Shown here: positions 21,088-37,044 of the stretch, piece after piece
Layout: each line of letters begins with the position of its first letter
Position numbering within the stretch: position 1 is the first letter of the stretch
Assembly: GCF_009914755.1 (NCBI RefSeq)
Contig: NC_060933.1
From: the human T2T-CHM13v2.0 reference genome, Homo sapiens
Reading direction: 5' to 3' (one strand)
Length of the DNA stretch: 64,000 nt
Notes under the pieces: generated by a model
Databases searched by the model: none
Told to the model about the DNA's origin: nothing
Seen by the model: the letters and a program-made list of their open reading frames with translations, nothing else
Translations under genes and position numbers: made by a program

Positions 21088-22865
21088 TTACACGTGACGA
21101 AATGGGAGCTCTGAGGGGACGTGGGGAATCTCTCAGCTGGTGAGGAGCAACGATAGGCTGTCACTGTACCCCACCAATGCTTTTGACATGTGCTCATCTC
21201 AGGATATGTGTGCAAGGGTGAGGATCTTGGCCTAGGACGGGGCTGACTGCTGTTAGACTAGGGTGTACTCAGATTCCAGTCTGCAACTGTGGGGACCAAC
21301 GTGCTGCTTCTACCTTCTGGAGGAGGCACCTGCTGTTCTTCTAAGCAGTGAGCTTTGTTCTGGTGCCACTGCTGGGGTGCGTGTTTTTGTGGCCATGCAT
21401 ACATGTCTGTATTTTTCTGTTTAAACATGTACATGTATGTATATGAGCAGGCAGAATTGGGGTGAGAGGGCAAACCCAATCACAGCCAAAAGTCCCTTGG
21501 TTAAAAAGGGCATGAACAGAGTTTTGGAGATTGTTTCCTTCAACATTGTGAATGTATTTAACACTAGTGAACTGTATACTTAAAAATCGTTAAGATGGTA
21601 AGTTTTATTTTATGTGTATTTTACTACGGTTAAAAAAGAGAGAAAGAAAGTTGTAATTCCTGCTTGGCACAGCCTAAGGAAATCCTTCTAGAGTCCTCAA
21701 AATTCTTGATGTGGGTTTGCTGATGGCAGCTGGAAGGGGATCTCTAAGCCTTCTATTTGCACTTCTGGAAGCTGTTTTCTTTGCACCAAAATCCAAGAAG
21801 AATGGGTTTTTTGCTTTCTCTATGTGGGCTCCTCCCTTGGTGTGGTAGCGCCATCATGCATAGAATTTAAAATGTTCCTTACATCTACCATCTGCACAGC
21901 ATTTGTCTGACTGCCACTTGTGTCTTCTGCTACCTTGGGTGATTTTGAGGACTGTCTGCTTTCCCGGGGCTTGAATTTCATAGTAAGATGAAATTCACTA
22001 GGTATAAATATTACCATCTGTCATTAGTCACCACTGACAGAGGAAAAGCACTTGGGTCATTGAAAACAAATGGATACGGTAATGTGCTCTGAATCTTTGT
22101 CCCCGGCTTAGACATTGATGACGCTTAGCCATGGCTGAAAATTGAAGGTGGGGATGCCAGTTCTGTTATCAACATTTTCTCTTTAGCCAAGATGATTCAG
22201 CCCGTCACAGAGTCCCCTAACCATAGTATTGTCATCCAGCCTACATTCTCTCTTGTTTGCAAAGTCCTTCCCTTGCTCTTTTGGCACTGAATGGAGCTTT
22301 GAAAAAGCCATTTTATTTTGGTGGTGGTGTCCTGAATATATTTTTAGTGTGTTGTAGTAGAAACAATGTGGCTTTGCAATCAGAGGTAATCTTTTTAATC
22401 TTTGTCACTTTGGTGGGAGAAACAATATCTTGTTTTCATTTTCATTTTGTATGCTATTGATGATGAATGATTATTGTTTATTGGCTATATTTACATAATT
22501 TGTTCATTTTTGTAGTGGAATCTGCCTTTTAAATACTGATTTTTCAAAACCCTTAATATGTTAAAGCAAACAACCTATTTTCATGTATGTTCAAATCCTT
22601 TCCCCAGTTTGTTATTTATATTTTAATCTTTGTTATGTCTTCTTGACATAGAAAAAAAATTGCTGTCTATTATGCTTTTCCTTTATGGATTCTGCTTTTT
22701 GTTGGGGTTTAGAAAGCCTTTCCAACCACAGGATTTTATATACTATTCATCGAAATCAGAAATTGGCAGACTAAGGCCAAAAGGGTATATCTGTCCAGCT
22801 GCCTGTTTTAGTATAACCCATGGGTTAAGAATGCTTTTTTATTGTCTTGTTTAATTTTATTAAAA

Positions 22866-23218
<353 letters not shown>

Positions 23219-23286
23219 TAAAAAGAATTATATTCTGTGCCATGTGAAAATTAGTGAAATTAAAATTTCAGTCTTTGTTAGTAAAG

Positions 23287-23593
<307 letters not shown>

Positions 23594-26451
23594 ATAAAGT
23601 TTTATTAGAACATAACCATCCTCATTTGTTTACCTACTGTCTATAGCTGCCTTTGCACTACAACAGCTGACTTGAGTTGTTGCAGGAGAGATACTGTGGC
23701 CACAGACTGTTCCTTAACAAAAAAGTTTGCTGACCCCTGGTATAAATCATCATGTAGTACTCATTTTTTTAACCTTTAAATGGCCTGACATTTATTTTTG
23801 CATTTAGCATTAGAGAAACTATTTTCTAAATAGTTAACCAAAAAATCCATCAGCATTTATTGAATAATCTATTCTGTCTTCACTCTTTGAAGTTCCATAG
23901 TTATCATGTATTAAAACTCAGATCTGTTCCATCAGTTTAGGGATTGACATGGTGAGTTATCAAGCTATTTGGATAAGAGAGATGTTACTCAAGAGTTCCC
24001 TGGAGATGAGATTCCCCTTAACCTCCTGCATTAACACTGAATGTTCAAGTCAGATGTGCCCCTGCACAATGCTGTCTGACCACTCACATTTATTTCTATT
24101 GTAAGAGCAGACACTGGTGGGGCCTCGTTTTATTTTTCCGGATTCTGTTGGGGATTGCTGATGGCTAAGTGGAGCTGTGTGTTAATGGTTTCTGGTACTT
24201 TGGGTTGGATCTTCTCTGGAGCTGGCTGACTCTTCAGCTCCCTTGAGAAGAGAAGTGGCTTGATTTATTTTTCTGCCACTGGTGGTTCAGGAGTTTCATT
24301 GTTTTAAGAAACACTAATGAAGAATTGCTTACCACCAGGCACTTCTCCAGATGCCACAGATGCAAAGGTGAATGTGGTGGTAGTTGGGGGTTTCTTGTCC
24401 GGTAGGTAACTGTTTAATGAAATCTCTGGCGCCATGGAGGCAGACGGTGAAGGGCTACTAGCCTCTGCTCTGGAGTCTCCAGGCTGGGTTGTGCCTCTGC
24501 TTCTTATTAGCTGAGTGACTTCTTGTCTTTTAACTTTCCTGGTCTGTAACCTGTTCTCTTAATAAAACAGGGATAATAAAATTCCTCCCCTCTGCCACCA
24601 AGTTATTTTAAGGGTTAAGTGAGACATTTAATATGTAAAGTGACTTACACAGTGCCTGGCAGAGAGTGTGAACTTAAACATTTAATTTCTTTATCTTCCC
24701 TTCCCTTGATTTAGAGCTATATGTATAGACTGCTGTGAAAGGATGGATTTTGTCCCTAAGTCCATCTTAGCCCCAAGACTTTGCTTTCTATTTTGGGGTT
24801 TTGTTGTGGTTTTGAGTCAACTCATAGTCCAGGTTCCCGGGCAATCAGCTGTCCACCTTTTGCTGTCTGCCAAGGGTGGGTCCATATGTCCTAAGGAGAA
24901 CACTCAGGCCAGGTGTCAGAGCCAGGTTGCGATGACAGTCTGTGGGCTGTTTGTGCAGCTGGCCTCCTTAAATGGACTATGGTCAAGATTCCCCATGTCA
25001 GTTTCTGTGCTGAGGGCTGCTGGTTTGTGAGAGTGGAAAAAACGGTTTGAATCAGGTATCACTGAAGCAAATTACTGAAGGTGAGTGACCTGTGAGAGGC
25101 AGCTGTCACGTGGGTAAGAATATGTTAAGGTGTACCCAGTGACCTTGGCTTGAGCCTTTGCTGAACACAGTCATTTCAGTAGGACTTGCCCTCATATCCT
25201 AAGGATGGGCTCTGTAGATGGCACACAGGGCTGTTGAACTTGGGTTTATTCAATTTTGCTAGAATAATAGCAGTTTCTAATCCTCTGTAATTTACCTGAA
25301 TTGAAACATGATTCCTCCTGGTGTGGCCAGACTGTTTTTTTCCACCTAGGAAACATTCATCAGGGTATCCCAGGCCATATGATCTTAGCATTGACAACAC
25401 CTCTCATCTGCCCTTGCCTCTCCTGGCACCTACCCCCTAGGTCAGGTACTACTGGGAGAGGGGTACCTGGACAGTTGGCAGCTCCCCAACTGCTCCCTCT
25501 CACGTCTCCTGTATTTCCCTCTTTATTTTTTCTGCATGCTTTTTTCTGAAGTCTTTTTGTAAAATGTGTCCATGATTGCAGCTTGCTGCTTAACAGCTGT
25601 TACCTGTGGGGTGCACCTCAGATTGTTAAGCCTGTTATTTAAGATTCCCTAGGATTCTGGAGCTAATCCACTTTCCAGGCCTTATTTCCTGCTGCTTCCC
25701 CTAGAGCAGCTCATGTCCATTCAGGATGACTGGTCCCCTGCCCGTGCCTTCTTTTTTGCCTTCTGCACTTCACCCCTTGGCGATTTTGCTGATGTGGTGT
25801 TCCGTGCCAGGAACACCTTTCTCTTCCATTGAACAGCTCTGCAGAGTTTATAGAGGACTTTCTCACACATCCCCAGTAATCTCCATGCAGCCTAGCCTGG
25901 ACCAGGTTTTGCTGTTTTCCAGTGAACGTCAGTAGGTTTAAGTGGTTTTCTTATGACCTCATAGCTGGTAGGAGAACTAGAATCTAAACCCGGGTCTCTT
26001 GCCATCCTGCCAAGCCCAGGTCAAACCTCCCTCTCTGAAGCCTTCCTCGGAGAACAGAATTATTCTGGCTTTCTTCTGGGCTCTAGTACACAGGTCACCT
26101 AAACTAGATTCCTCAAGTAAATTCCTTATTGGCTCCCTTTCCTCCACATCTAGAATAGCACCTAGCAGTCCATGGGAACTTGATAAGTGTTTGGATGAAT
26201 ACATAAGCGAACAGATTTTGCTTTCCATATCTTCTAATACGTGGTTTGGGGGAGTATAGCACCATGTTAATTAGGCTGCTTAAAACTCCTGTGTGTTGGA
26301 AAACACCTATGTTTTGGTCTATAGAATAAATAGGGAGTGATTATTTTGTCCCACTCTTTCTGCCATCTCATAGAAACATAATCAAGTATTTCATTACTTG
26401 AAGAAGGTTGCTTACAACACATTTAACTGTATCTATATTTTGGGAATGTAA

Positions 26452-27040
<589 letters not shown>

Positions 27041-27345
27041 CAGCCTAGGAATGTAATTTTTAGCTAAATTTTGTCTAACAACACTATACCTAGGAGAAGC
27101 TTTGAGGAAAGCCACCTCTCCCTTAATCTATCAGCACCCTTTTCAACAATAACCTTAACTAAATAATAATAATATTCTTCAGCTGATGGTTTTCTGTATC
27201 ATATGTGAAGTGGAAATAAAAGCATCTTTAGAAATCCTTACAGCTTATTGATCTCTTGCATATTGGCTTCAAGATAAGCCCCCAAGCCTCTCCATACAGA
27301 TGGATACCCTGTAGTTGCTGCTGTACTAACATGTAGGAGCTGTCC

Positions 27346-27647
27346 TTTTTTTTTTTTTTTTGGAGACAAGATCTCACCCTGTCACCCAGGCTGGAATGCA
27401 GTGGCACCATCTTGGCTCACCACAGCCTTGACCTCCTGGGCTTAGGTGATCCTACCACCTCAGCCTCCTGAGTAGCTGGGACTATAGCCGTGCACCATCA
27501 CGCTCTGCTAATCTTTTGTATTTTTTTTGTAGAGACAGGGTTTTGTTGTGTTGCCCAGGCTGGTCTCGAACTCCTGGACTCAAGTGATCTGCCTGCTGTA
27601 GCCTCCCAAAGTGCTGGGATTACGGGCCTGAGCCACCCTGCCTGGCC
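27346..27647 (-). mobile_element. AluJ
   Basis: Dimer. Confidence 0.93.
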
Positions 27648-27895
27648 TCTTGTCTCTTTTCTGACTTCATTTTACACCTCATAGTTTATAGCTAAGTAAG
27701 GCTGTAAGAGTTTTTTTTTCCTCATTCATTCCTTCACTTTCTTCCTTCTTCTGTGTCTGTCCCTCTCCTAGTAGTGCATGGCCCTTGTTTACAGAGCTCA
27801 TTTCTGTCTCTGGACTCAGAATGCCCATGTGAGAGGGCAAGACTGTGTGACCAGTATTAAATTTAAGGCCCTTTTCTTTTACGTCTGTCCTTGAC

Positions 27896-28029
27896 TTTTT
27901 TTTTTTAAACTTTTGAGATGGGGTTCCACCATGTTGCCCAGGCTCATCTCGAACTTGTGGGCTCGAGCAATCTGCCCACCTTGGCCTCCCCAGTGCTAGG
28001 ATTACAGGTGTGAGCCACCACGCCTGGCC
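27896..28029 (-). mobile_element. Alu monomer (FLAM-like)
   Basis: Left arm only, with T tail. Confidence 0.85.
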
Positions 28030-28987
28030 CCTTCTTGCTTTTTTAAAATTTTCTTTACCTCTCCTTGTCTGGTTACTTAGGTGTGAAACTCCTTTGAGCC
28101 ATTTTGGTTTAGAATACCCTCTTCCTGTTTTTTCTCTTATTCTTTAATGTTTTAACTATGATCAGACTCTTGGTTCAGGGCCTTTTTCTTTTCCAGTGAA
28201 CACGCTAACCATGGGAATAGAAATCACCCACATTCGGTCTGAGTCATGTCAGTGGGAATGTGGGAATTCGATCTGGGGCAGCCAGGTAGCCAGTCAGGTG
28301 GCGCTCCAGCCTGGAAGGCCATCTGTACTTTTGGGTTGTAGGCTAGCACACTTCAGGATTCTAAAAAGATGCTGTGTGGAAACTGTGTCTCAGGCCTCGA
28401 AAAGTTCCATGGAAAAACATCTCTTCTAGCTGCTTTGTGGTGAGATGCAGATCTAAATCAATACAACATTATTGAGTGCCACAAAACTAGTACCGTACAG
28501 GGAGAACCTGTTCTGTACGGGGAGAAAAAAATGAAGTGAAGACACTGTGGAAGGAAGTATGACCTATTTGAATGTAGTCACACGTTTCCTTCTCATTTAG
28601 CACATCCTCTTGTGTTCATTTTAGGTTTGGGTTGAGGATTTAAGGACAGCCCCCAGCCCCATAGGTAGGGTATGGGTGTCACAAATCATTAAATGTGGAA
28701 GTACTATACTAGAGGGCAGTTTGAATTTGGGTAGCTCAGGTAGGTCGAAATGTATTTCTGTTTCCTATTTTTAGTTTAGAGAGACAGTTTAGAATCTGTC
28801 GTGATTTTTTTCCCTCCCTAGGTATTTTTGAGGCTCTAATAATTATAGGTTCTCTCCTAAGAAGCTTAGATGTAACATCTAAGCTCCCAAAGAAGATTGG
28901 CATTTGCATGTGCACATGCAAATGTTGGTGCATAATTTTTGGCCCCCAAGGTGCCTATGGGTTTCAGAGAGACAGTCCCTATTGTAG

Positions 28988-29274
<287 letters not shown>

Positions 29275-30023
29275 AAGGCAAGGACACTTTTAGTCTTGCT
29301 AAAAGTGCACGGCTTTTGCAGCACATCTGAGAAGTGTGGGCTGTAAGAGTGGATTAACAGTAACCACTTGGCACCTGCTATTGGAAGTTGAGTCCTGCCC
29401 TGTTCCTCACTTGAGTGTTTTTTTTTGTCCTTGAGAAGGTTTGGGCTGGGGTGATGATTAATCAACAAGGACATACTCAGCTCTGTATGATATTTTGTTT
29501 CCTCTAGGCCTTTGTTCTGAAAACTCAAAATGCCGTTTTCTTGGACTTTCCTTAGGCACCTGACTTCTTAGGTCACATGCAGAGTGCACTCCGCGTGTGT
29601 AGTACCATGTCAGATGGTAGCACAGAAACATGTCAATGAGAACCAGGCTTTGTAAGATGAACAGATGGTACAGTTAAGAGGAATTGGGCGAAGGGTAGGA
29701 AAAGAACTATTGTTTATGAAGGGGTCGTTCTAGGCACCTTCTTCCTACCTAAGGAACGCCTGGATTGTGGTGTAGCACAGCCCTACCTGGGCTCCTCACA
29801 CACCACTCGAGGGACCTCATGCTTGTTACGTATAAGACTTTTCCATATGTGTAATAGAGACAACTTGGATGATCTCTGGGGGCTTCTACACCCTAGACCC
29901 TTGTGTGATTTTGGTGCAGAAGTTTCAGTGGAGGAATGCCTTCCTTAGGTTTATAAGTTTTCAGTTGGCAAGATCCTGAGAATGAGGGTCAAAGTGGGCA
30001 GAAAAGAGAGCAGGATTTCAGGA

Positions 30024-30322
30024 TTTTTTGTTTCTTTCTTGAGGCAGTGTCTTGCTCTGTGACTCAGGCTGGAGTGCAGTGGCACGATCTCGGCTCACCA
30101 CAGCCTCAACCTCCTGGGCTTAGGTGATCCTCCCACCTCAGCCTCCCCAGTAGATGGGACCACAGGCATGCGCCACCACGCCCAGCTAATTTTTGTATTT
30201 TTTGTAGAGATAGGGTTTCACTATGTTGCCCAGGCTGGTCTTGAACTCCTGGGCTCAAGCAATCCTCCTGCCTTGGCCTCCCAAAATGCTGGGATTACAT
30301 GAGTGCGCCACTGCACCTGGCC
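30024..30322 (-). mobile_element. AluJ
   Basis: Dimer. Confidence 0.93.
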
Positions 30323-31534
30323 CCGAGAACAGGATTTTAGGTCGAGTTGTGTTCTCTTTGTTCGTGCCCTCTGGAAAGGTGCATTCTGTCTTTGTAGAAA
30401 GCTGTCTGCTTGTTCTGTTGAGTCCTCCAGGTGGCATGCACATCCTTGACCAGCAGCAGAGGAAGAATTTTTGTGTTGGAGATCTTAGTTATTGTTAGGA
30501 ACAGGCTCTCGGAAATGCCTCTCGCCCTTGATTTTTGGGGATTTCTCAGCCTGGAATGTCCTGGCCAAGCTCTCCCCCAGCCTTGTTTTTCCATTTGGCA
30601 AGTCTACTTATTCTTCTCAAGTTGCCCCCATCCATTCATGGAGCTCTGTTCATAGCCACTATTGCATTGCATCAGAGTTAGAGGTCTCATGTCCATATTC
30701 CCAACTAAAGTTATTTAAACACAGATGCTATATTCTGTTTTGTTTGGTAGCACTGCATTGGGATTTTGGCCTTGTGTATTCGGTGTTTAGTATGTGCTTG
30801 AAATACTGGATCTTCCTTAGAAGGAATGAACAGGAATCGTGTATGGTAAATGCAGCTGAGAGTTGGGGAAAATCTTGGCTCCTAAGAATCATAAGAATGT
30901 CTGGAGAAGTGAATGTTAGTCTGGAGATTCTTAGAAAAATCTATTAACAGACACTGGTAAGTTTGCCAAGGAATGTGGACCTGGATTCTTTCATTTTGAC
31001 TTTATGATCTTGTTAAGAAGTGTTCTTTTGCATCAGGCCAATGGGTAGAATTTGCTTGAAGGGCAGATTTTCTAATAGAAAACCTATGAAAAACATTTTC
31101 AGTTTCTAAACAACTTTAGTGACAAAGCTTTGAAACAGGTGATCTCTTAAACCATGTCTAAAGAAAAAGCCTTGCCTTATGAAAAATGGTCCTGAATCCA
31201 AAGTAGAAACACATAAAACTGTTCAGGGGGGATACTAACTTAGAAACCATAGGCTATGGGCCTTGGGAACTTGGAGATACTTGTACAAGCAACCTTGGAG
31301 TTTTTGGAGAATATTTGACATGGGAATTCCTGGGCTGTGTGGCAAGGGAAACTGAACTTCCTACTAATAAGCAAGTAGCAGTGCAGAACTTGAGACTTAC
31401 TATCAATAGTTAAGATACATTTGAATAACTCTCCAAAACAAAAGATAAATCTCTATGTCTTAATATTCCCTACTTTTTATATCACTGTGTCCTATTTAGA
31501 CTGTTAAAAATTATACAGACATTTTAATGATTAT

Positions 31535-31945
31535 ATGTACTAGTCAGCTTTGCTGTGGTAATAACTCCAAAAATGCGAAGGTGTGCAACAAACATGTATT
31601 TCTAGGTCATGCCGTGTGTCAGTGGCTGTGAGTCAGCTTCTCTGGCCCTCTCCTGCAAGTCTTCCCATTCCAAAGGAGCAGCCCCTGTTTGGGACACACT
31701 ACTTTCAAAGTCGAGGAGCAAGGGAGCTGGTGGAAGCATGCGTTGGCTCTTAAAGGATCTGCTCTGATCCGATGTACATTCATGTACCATGTACCAGTGG
31801 CTGGAGCAAGTCACGTGTCCAAGGCCAAAGTCAGTGTGGTGGGGATGTGTCTTCCTGTGGGAAGTCACTTGGCAATAAGAAGAATATATGATCCTTTTAA
31901 AGGATGGGAAGTTCATAATTATGAACACTAATGCAATCTACCATA
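31535..31945. mobile_element. MLT1-type solo LTR
   Basis: tgtactagtcagctttgctgtgg...gcaagtcacgtgtccaaggccaaagtcagtg...aatgcaatctacca resembles MLT1J/K. Confidence 0.55.
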
Positions 31946-32264
31946 TAGTCTTTGTCCTCCACTTCTTTCCCAGAACATTTAGTAAATATAGCAGTTCATG
32001 TTTACCATTTAAAAATGCTTTAAACACATTTGCTCCCTATTATGTATATTACAAATTTTAGATAATTTGGGAGGAGCCTGACCTATTGCCATGAACTCAT
32101 GTGGCAGATCACTGTATGAGTTCAAGTATTCTTCTCTATATTATTGCGGTAACTAGACTTTCCAGAATGGTTTTGAATTATGGCAAATACTTTATATCTG
32201 AATGTAGTGGACATGGCTTTGTGATTTAAAAGGTCTTCATTTTTAAAATATGTCCACTACATTT

Positions 32265-32590
32265 TTTATTGTTTTATTGTTATTGGAGATAATTTACAGA
32301 GCATGAAATTCACCATTTTAAGGTATATAATTGAGTGTATATTCATAGGGTTGTGCAACCATCATCGCTATCTAATTTTAGAATATTTTGTCACCCCAAA
32401 AAGAAATTTGGTCTTTATTAAGCTGGCTCTCCCTGTTCCCCCTACCTGAAGCCCCTGGCAACCAAGTCTGCTTTCTGTCTCTCAGGATTTGCCTGTTCTG
32501 ACATTTCATATAAATGGAATTATATAGCATGTGGCTTTTCTCATCTAGCTTCGTTCACTTAGAATAATGTCTTCAAGATTAATTGCTGAT
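32265..32590 (-). mobile_element. Old L1M 3' end
   Basis: tgtgcaaccatc...gacatttcatataaatggaat motifs. Confidence 0.75.
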
Positions 32591-32623
32591 GTTTTCTGAT
32601 AAATACTTTTAAACATATTTAGG

Positions 32624-32626
<3 letters not shown>

Positions 32627-32658
<32 letters not shown>

Positions 32659-32937
32659 AGACGGAGCCTTGCTCTGTCGCCAGGCTGGAGTGCAGTGGCG
32701 CAATTGCGCTGCTCACTGCAACCTCCGCCTCCTGGGTTCAAGCGATTCTCCTGCCTCAGTCTCCCAAGTAGCTGAGACTACAGGTGTGTGCCACCACGCC
32801 CAGCTAATTTTTGTATTTTTAGTAGAGATGGGGTTTCACCATGTTGGCCAGGCTGGTTTCAATCTTTGACCTCGTGATCCACCCGCCTTGGCCTCTCAAA
32901 GTACTGGGATTACAGGCATGAGCCACTGCACCTGGCC
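32627..32937 (-). mobile_element. AluSc-like with ~30-T tail, TSD ggaacttt
   Basis: Dimer. Confidence 0.93.
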
Positions 32938-33654
32938 GGGAACTTTCTTTTTACTTCTTAATTTTACTTAGAGATTTAAATGGAATGGCTGATATGAGTG
33001 ATGCCAGTAAATATTTTGGTAGTTTTGGACATGAGTATCTTCAACAGTGGTTGAAGTAATGTATATTAATGTAATATAGTGTAATGAAGTAATGTTATTA
33101 ATGTAATAAATTGTATTGATACATTTCCTAATGTTAAATCATTCTTGCTTCCCTGGAATACATTTGACTTGATCCTGGTATATATTTTTTTTCCAAAAAT
33201 TCTTTTAGTGTACTGTTAGTTGTTACTTTATTAATGATGTTTATACTTGTTCTCAGTTTTCTTTTTTGTCCTAATATTTTGATACCGGATATAGATAGTC
33301 ATCATGAAATGATTTGAAAGGTTTCTGCATTTTAAAATTATGTCTTAGAATATTTGAATAAAGTAGGACTTACTCTTTGAAGGTTCATGAGTGCTCACTG
33401 TGAAACACTTGGGACCCAGCTTACCTCTTCGTGGATGTTCTCTGACAACAGTTTTGTGGTTATTTATCTGTTTAGGTTTTTTCTCTCTATTTAATTTCAC
33501 CTTGATCACATAATTTTTCCTAGAAAGCCAGCTAGCTCATATAGATGTCCAAATTTGTTGGCATAGTTATTCACAGCACAACCTTTTAATTTACAATCAT
33601 ACATAGACACAAGTTCTAAATAGTTATTGCCTGTTCCCTTTTTCCATTTTCCTC

Positions 33655-33956
33655 TTTTTTTATTTTTTATTGAGACAGCATCTCGCTCCGTCGCCCAGCC
33701 TGGAGTACAATGGTGCGATCTCTGCTCACTGCAACCTCTGCCTCCTAGGTTCAAGCAATTCTCATGCCTCAGCCTCCTGAGTAGCTGTGACTACAGGCTT
33801 GAGCCACCACGCCTGGCTAACTTTTTGTATTTTTACTAGAGACAGGGTTTCCCCATGCTGCTCAGGCTGGTCTTGAGCTCCTGGGCTCAAGCAATCCACC
33901 TGCCTCGGTCTCCCAAAGTGCTGGGATTATAGATTTGAGGCCACTACACCTGGGCC
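33655..33956 (-). mobile_element. Alu with TSD ccattttcct, within an old antisense L1 ORF2 fragment
   Basis: Dimer. Confidence 0.9.
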
Positions 33957-35380
33957 ATTTTCCTTTTTCTATATTGTTCGGATTTCCTAAGTTTTAGTTT
34001 ATCTGATTCATCTTTCAGAAGAATTAAATTTTGCTTTTGTTTATAACTTTTGTTCTTTTCTGTTTTAATTTATGCTTTCATTTTTAGATTCTCTTTCCAC
34101 TTTCTTTAGGCTTTTTTTTTTTCTTTTTCTTTTAATGGGAACACAGAGTAAGTCTGGCCTAAAGGGTTCTGTTTTATGGGCTTCATCTTTTTCAAATGCA
34201 TGTTTATCTGTTATTGAGGACTCTTGCTTTTTTTGTGTTTTGGTTTTCTTAGGTCTGAGTGATGAGCTAATGCCATTTTGAGTTGTTTTTATGGTTTACT
34301 TGCCTCTGATGAGATAATAATTCAGACCTGCTATTTGCCCCCATCAGAACAAGTGGATTGTATTGGATCCTCTGTGTTTCTACTTGATGTTGTTAGCATT
34401 GTCTTAGATCCATAGATTACTAGTTATCTGTCAGATGGGAAAGAAGCCTGGCTTTCTCTGTGTTTTAGCTGCTCCCCCCATCTCAGTAGAGCTCAGTCCC
34501 CCCAGCATTTGCAGTCTGGCCTGCTTTGGGCTTGTTGGACACACCCCAGGGCAGCCAACCCAGATGCCTTCATGTTCCTATGAGCTGCTGCTTCCATCTC
34601 TACCCATCATGCCGGGGGAGAAGGCCATGTGGGCGGGGTGCCCTCTGCTGGTGGCCCACACTTGGTGTATTTGCCTGTGCTTGGCATCCCCTTGGTCACA
34701 GTCACAGCAGCCAACTCCTTGGTGGTCCTGGATTGCCCCACTGCCAAACCTTCCATGTCCTCTACTCCCCACTGACAATCACACTTTCAAATTAGCGTGC
34801 GTGTAAAGGGGGTTCAAGGACATTTTCTACTTATTAAGTAACCTCAATAACCTGAAGTAACTTCGGTGACATGGGTTAGATTCCTCTGGGTTCTTTTTTC
34901 AGTTGTGGCCCAGGTAGAACCAGTAGACAGCCTTTGAGACCTTTGGCATTTGGATGGCACCCTTTCCTCATTTCCAGTATTGATATGACTCCAGTCACTG
35001 TTTTTCTTGTTCTTTTTACCTCCACTGTTTTTTGTTTTTTTTTTTTCTTTCATTCTCTAGGTTAAATTAGTATCTGGAGGGTGGAAAAAGGGAGAACGCA
35101 GAGGCTTGTGTTCAACTCACTGAGTTTATCTAGAGGTCTAGCTTTCTAATTTTTTAAACAAGTGTGTCACATTACACATACAAACATGACCGCTTCCTGG
35201 TTATTGAGCCTTTGGGATTTTTCTAGGTTTCACTCTGTGTTCTTTGTATCATGAACATCTTTGAACAGAACATTTTTGAGATTATCCCTTTGAGTTTATT
35301 CTCCAAAGTGGGCTTAGCTTTAGTTTTACAACAAAATCAACAATCAAGAATATTCAGTTTGTATAGAACACATTCATTCA

Positions 35381-35678
35381 TTTTTTTTCTTTTTTTTTGA
35401 GATGGAGTCTTGCTCTTGTCGCATAGGTTGGAGTGCAGTGGCGTGATCTCAGGTCACTGCACCCGCCGCCTCCCAAGTTCAAGCAGTTCTCCTGCCTCAG
35501 CCTCCTGAGTAGCGGGGATTACAGACGTGTGCCAACACCCCTGGCTAATTTTTGTATTTTTAGTAGAGATGGGGTTTTACCATGTTGGTCAGGTTGGTCT
35601 TGAACTCCTGACCTCGTGATCCACCCGCCTCGACCTCCCAAAGTGCTGGGATTACAGGTGTGAGCCACTGCGCGTGGC
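35381..35678 (-). mobile_element. Alu (AluSg-like), TSD aacacattc
   Basis: Dimer. Confidence 0.93.
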
Positions 35679-36993
35679 CAACACATTCTTTAAGCATCTG
35701 CTGTGTACCTGGCACGAGGGGGGTAAATTAAGAAAAGTAATATGCAGTCTGTGTATTCAGAGAGCCATCATTTTACCCTTAACGTAAAGATGCCTTGAGA
35801 GGCTTTGTCAGGCTCCTCTGAGACTAGATCATTCACTTGCCCATATTCCTCCAATAGAATCAAAAAGAGAAATTAGATTGTTTTAGCATGACTTATTTTT
35901 ATTAAAACTATATTGGCTCCTAGTCTATACCACTCTCTTCATAAATCATATGTTTAATGTAATATAAAATTTTGCCAGTGATTTATGTTAATTTAATATT
36001 CTGTCTTGTGGCTGGCTGACCATAATGGTGTATCTTAAAATTGAAATTCTTTGAACCAGAGGAGTTTGTAAAGCAACCTCACTCTGCATCTGTCTTCCTA
36101 GGGTAAAGTAAAAGTGGGAAGGAGTAAGAAATGCTCTTATAATGGAAACCTACATGGTGAAAATTGGTATTTTGCAACAATGGGGAGTTTTCATTATTAA
36201 TCAACTATGTAGTTGTAACTCTTCACAAAGGCTATTCTGGATATCCTTTGTTATAATAAAATCATTAAGAAAATATATTTGAGGCCCCAACTGTGGGTCT
36301 CAATGCAATTTTTATTTTTTAGCAATTATTGTGTGTCTGCTATGAACCCAGCCTCATAGTTTATAAGAGGATGCAAGAATACTTACAAGCACGTGTGTGT
36401 GTGTCTGTGTGTGTGTGTATGAGAGAGAGAGAATAGTGATACAGCACCAGCCATGTACCACACACTATTCCAACTGCTTCCATATACTAACTAACTCAAT
36501 CCCACTATACCCATTTTATAAATGAGGACATCGGGGCTTAGATTAAGAAGCTTGCTTAAGTTGCACTGGTAGTAATTAGTGGTACTGGGATTCAGAACTG
36601 GGCAGTCTGGCTCAGGTTAGCCTCAGTTGCTTGTCCTTCCACAGACATTTATTGAGTACTTTTGATAGGCAAGGGATTGAATTTGGTCGTTTCTAAGATT
36701 CATTCATTCATGAAATACTGAGTACCTACCATGGGCCAGGGTAGCATAGGAGGGAAGAATCTGGAGTATGTGGCAAGGTCTGATTGACTGACTCTCCCCT
36801 CCCTCACTCCCAACAACTGATTCGAGAACTAACTTCATACTGTCTGGCCAAGACATTTCAGATCTTTATGTGGGCTGTTCCTGGAAGGTTATTGGCTGAG
36901 GTTCCCAGGGCAAATGTTAGGGGAGTTGGCTTGAAGTCACTACCCGACCTGGGGAGACAGAAAGATAATCACACACACACACTCACAGTACAG

Positions 36994-36995
<2 letters not shown>

Positions 36996-37043
<48 letters not shown>
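36996..37043. repeat. (CA)n microsatellite
   Basis: ~21 perfect units plus a degenerate end. Confidence 0.97.

Positions 37044-37044
<1 letters not shown>

Noticed and set aside
33052-33115. ~33-bp imperfect tandem duplication (tgaagtaatgt...); similar short repeats at 63780-63830
   Set aside because: Ordinary slippage duplications in AT-rich old L1 sequence.
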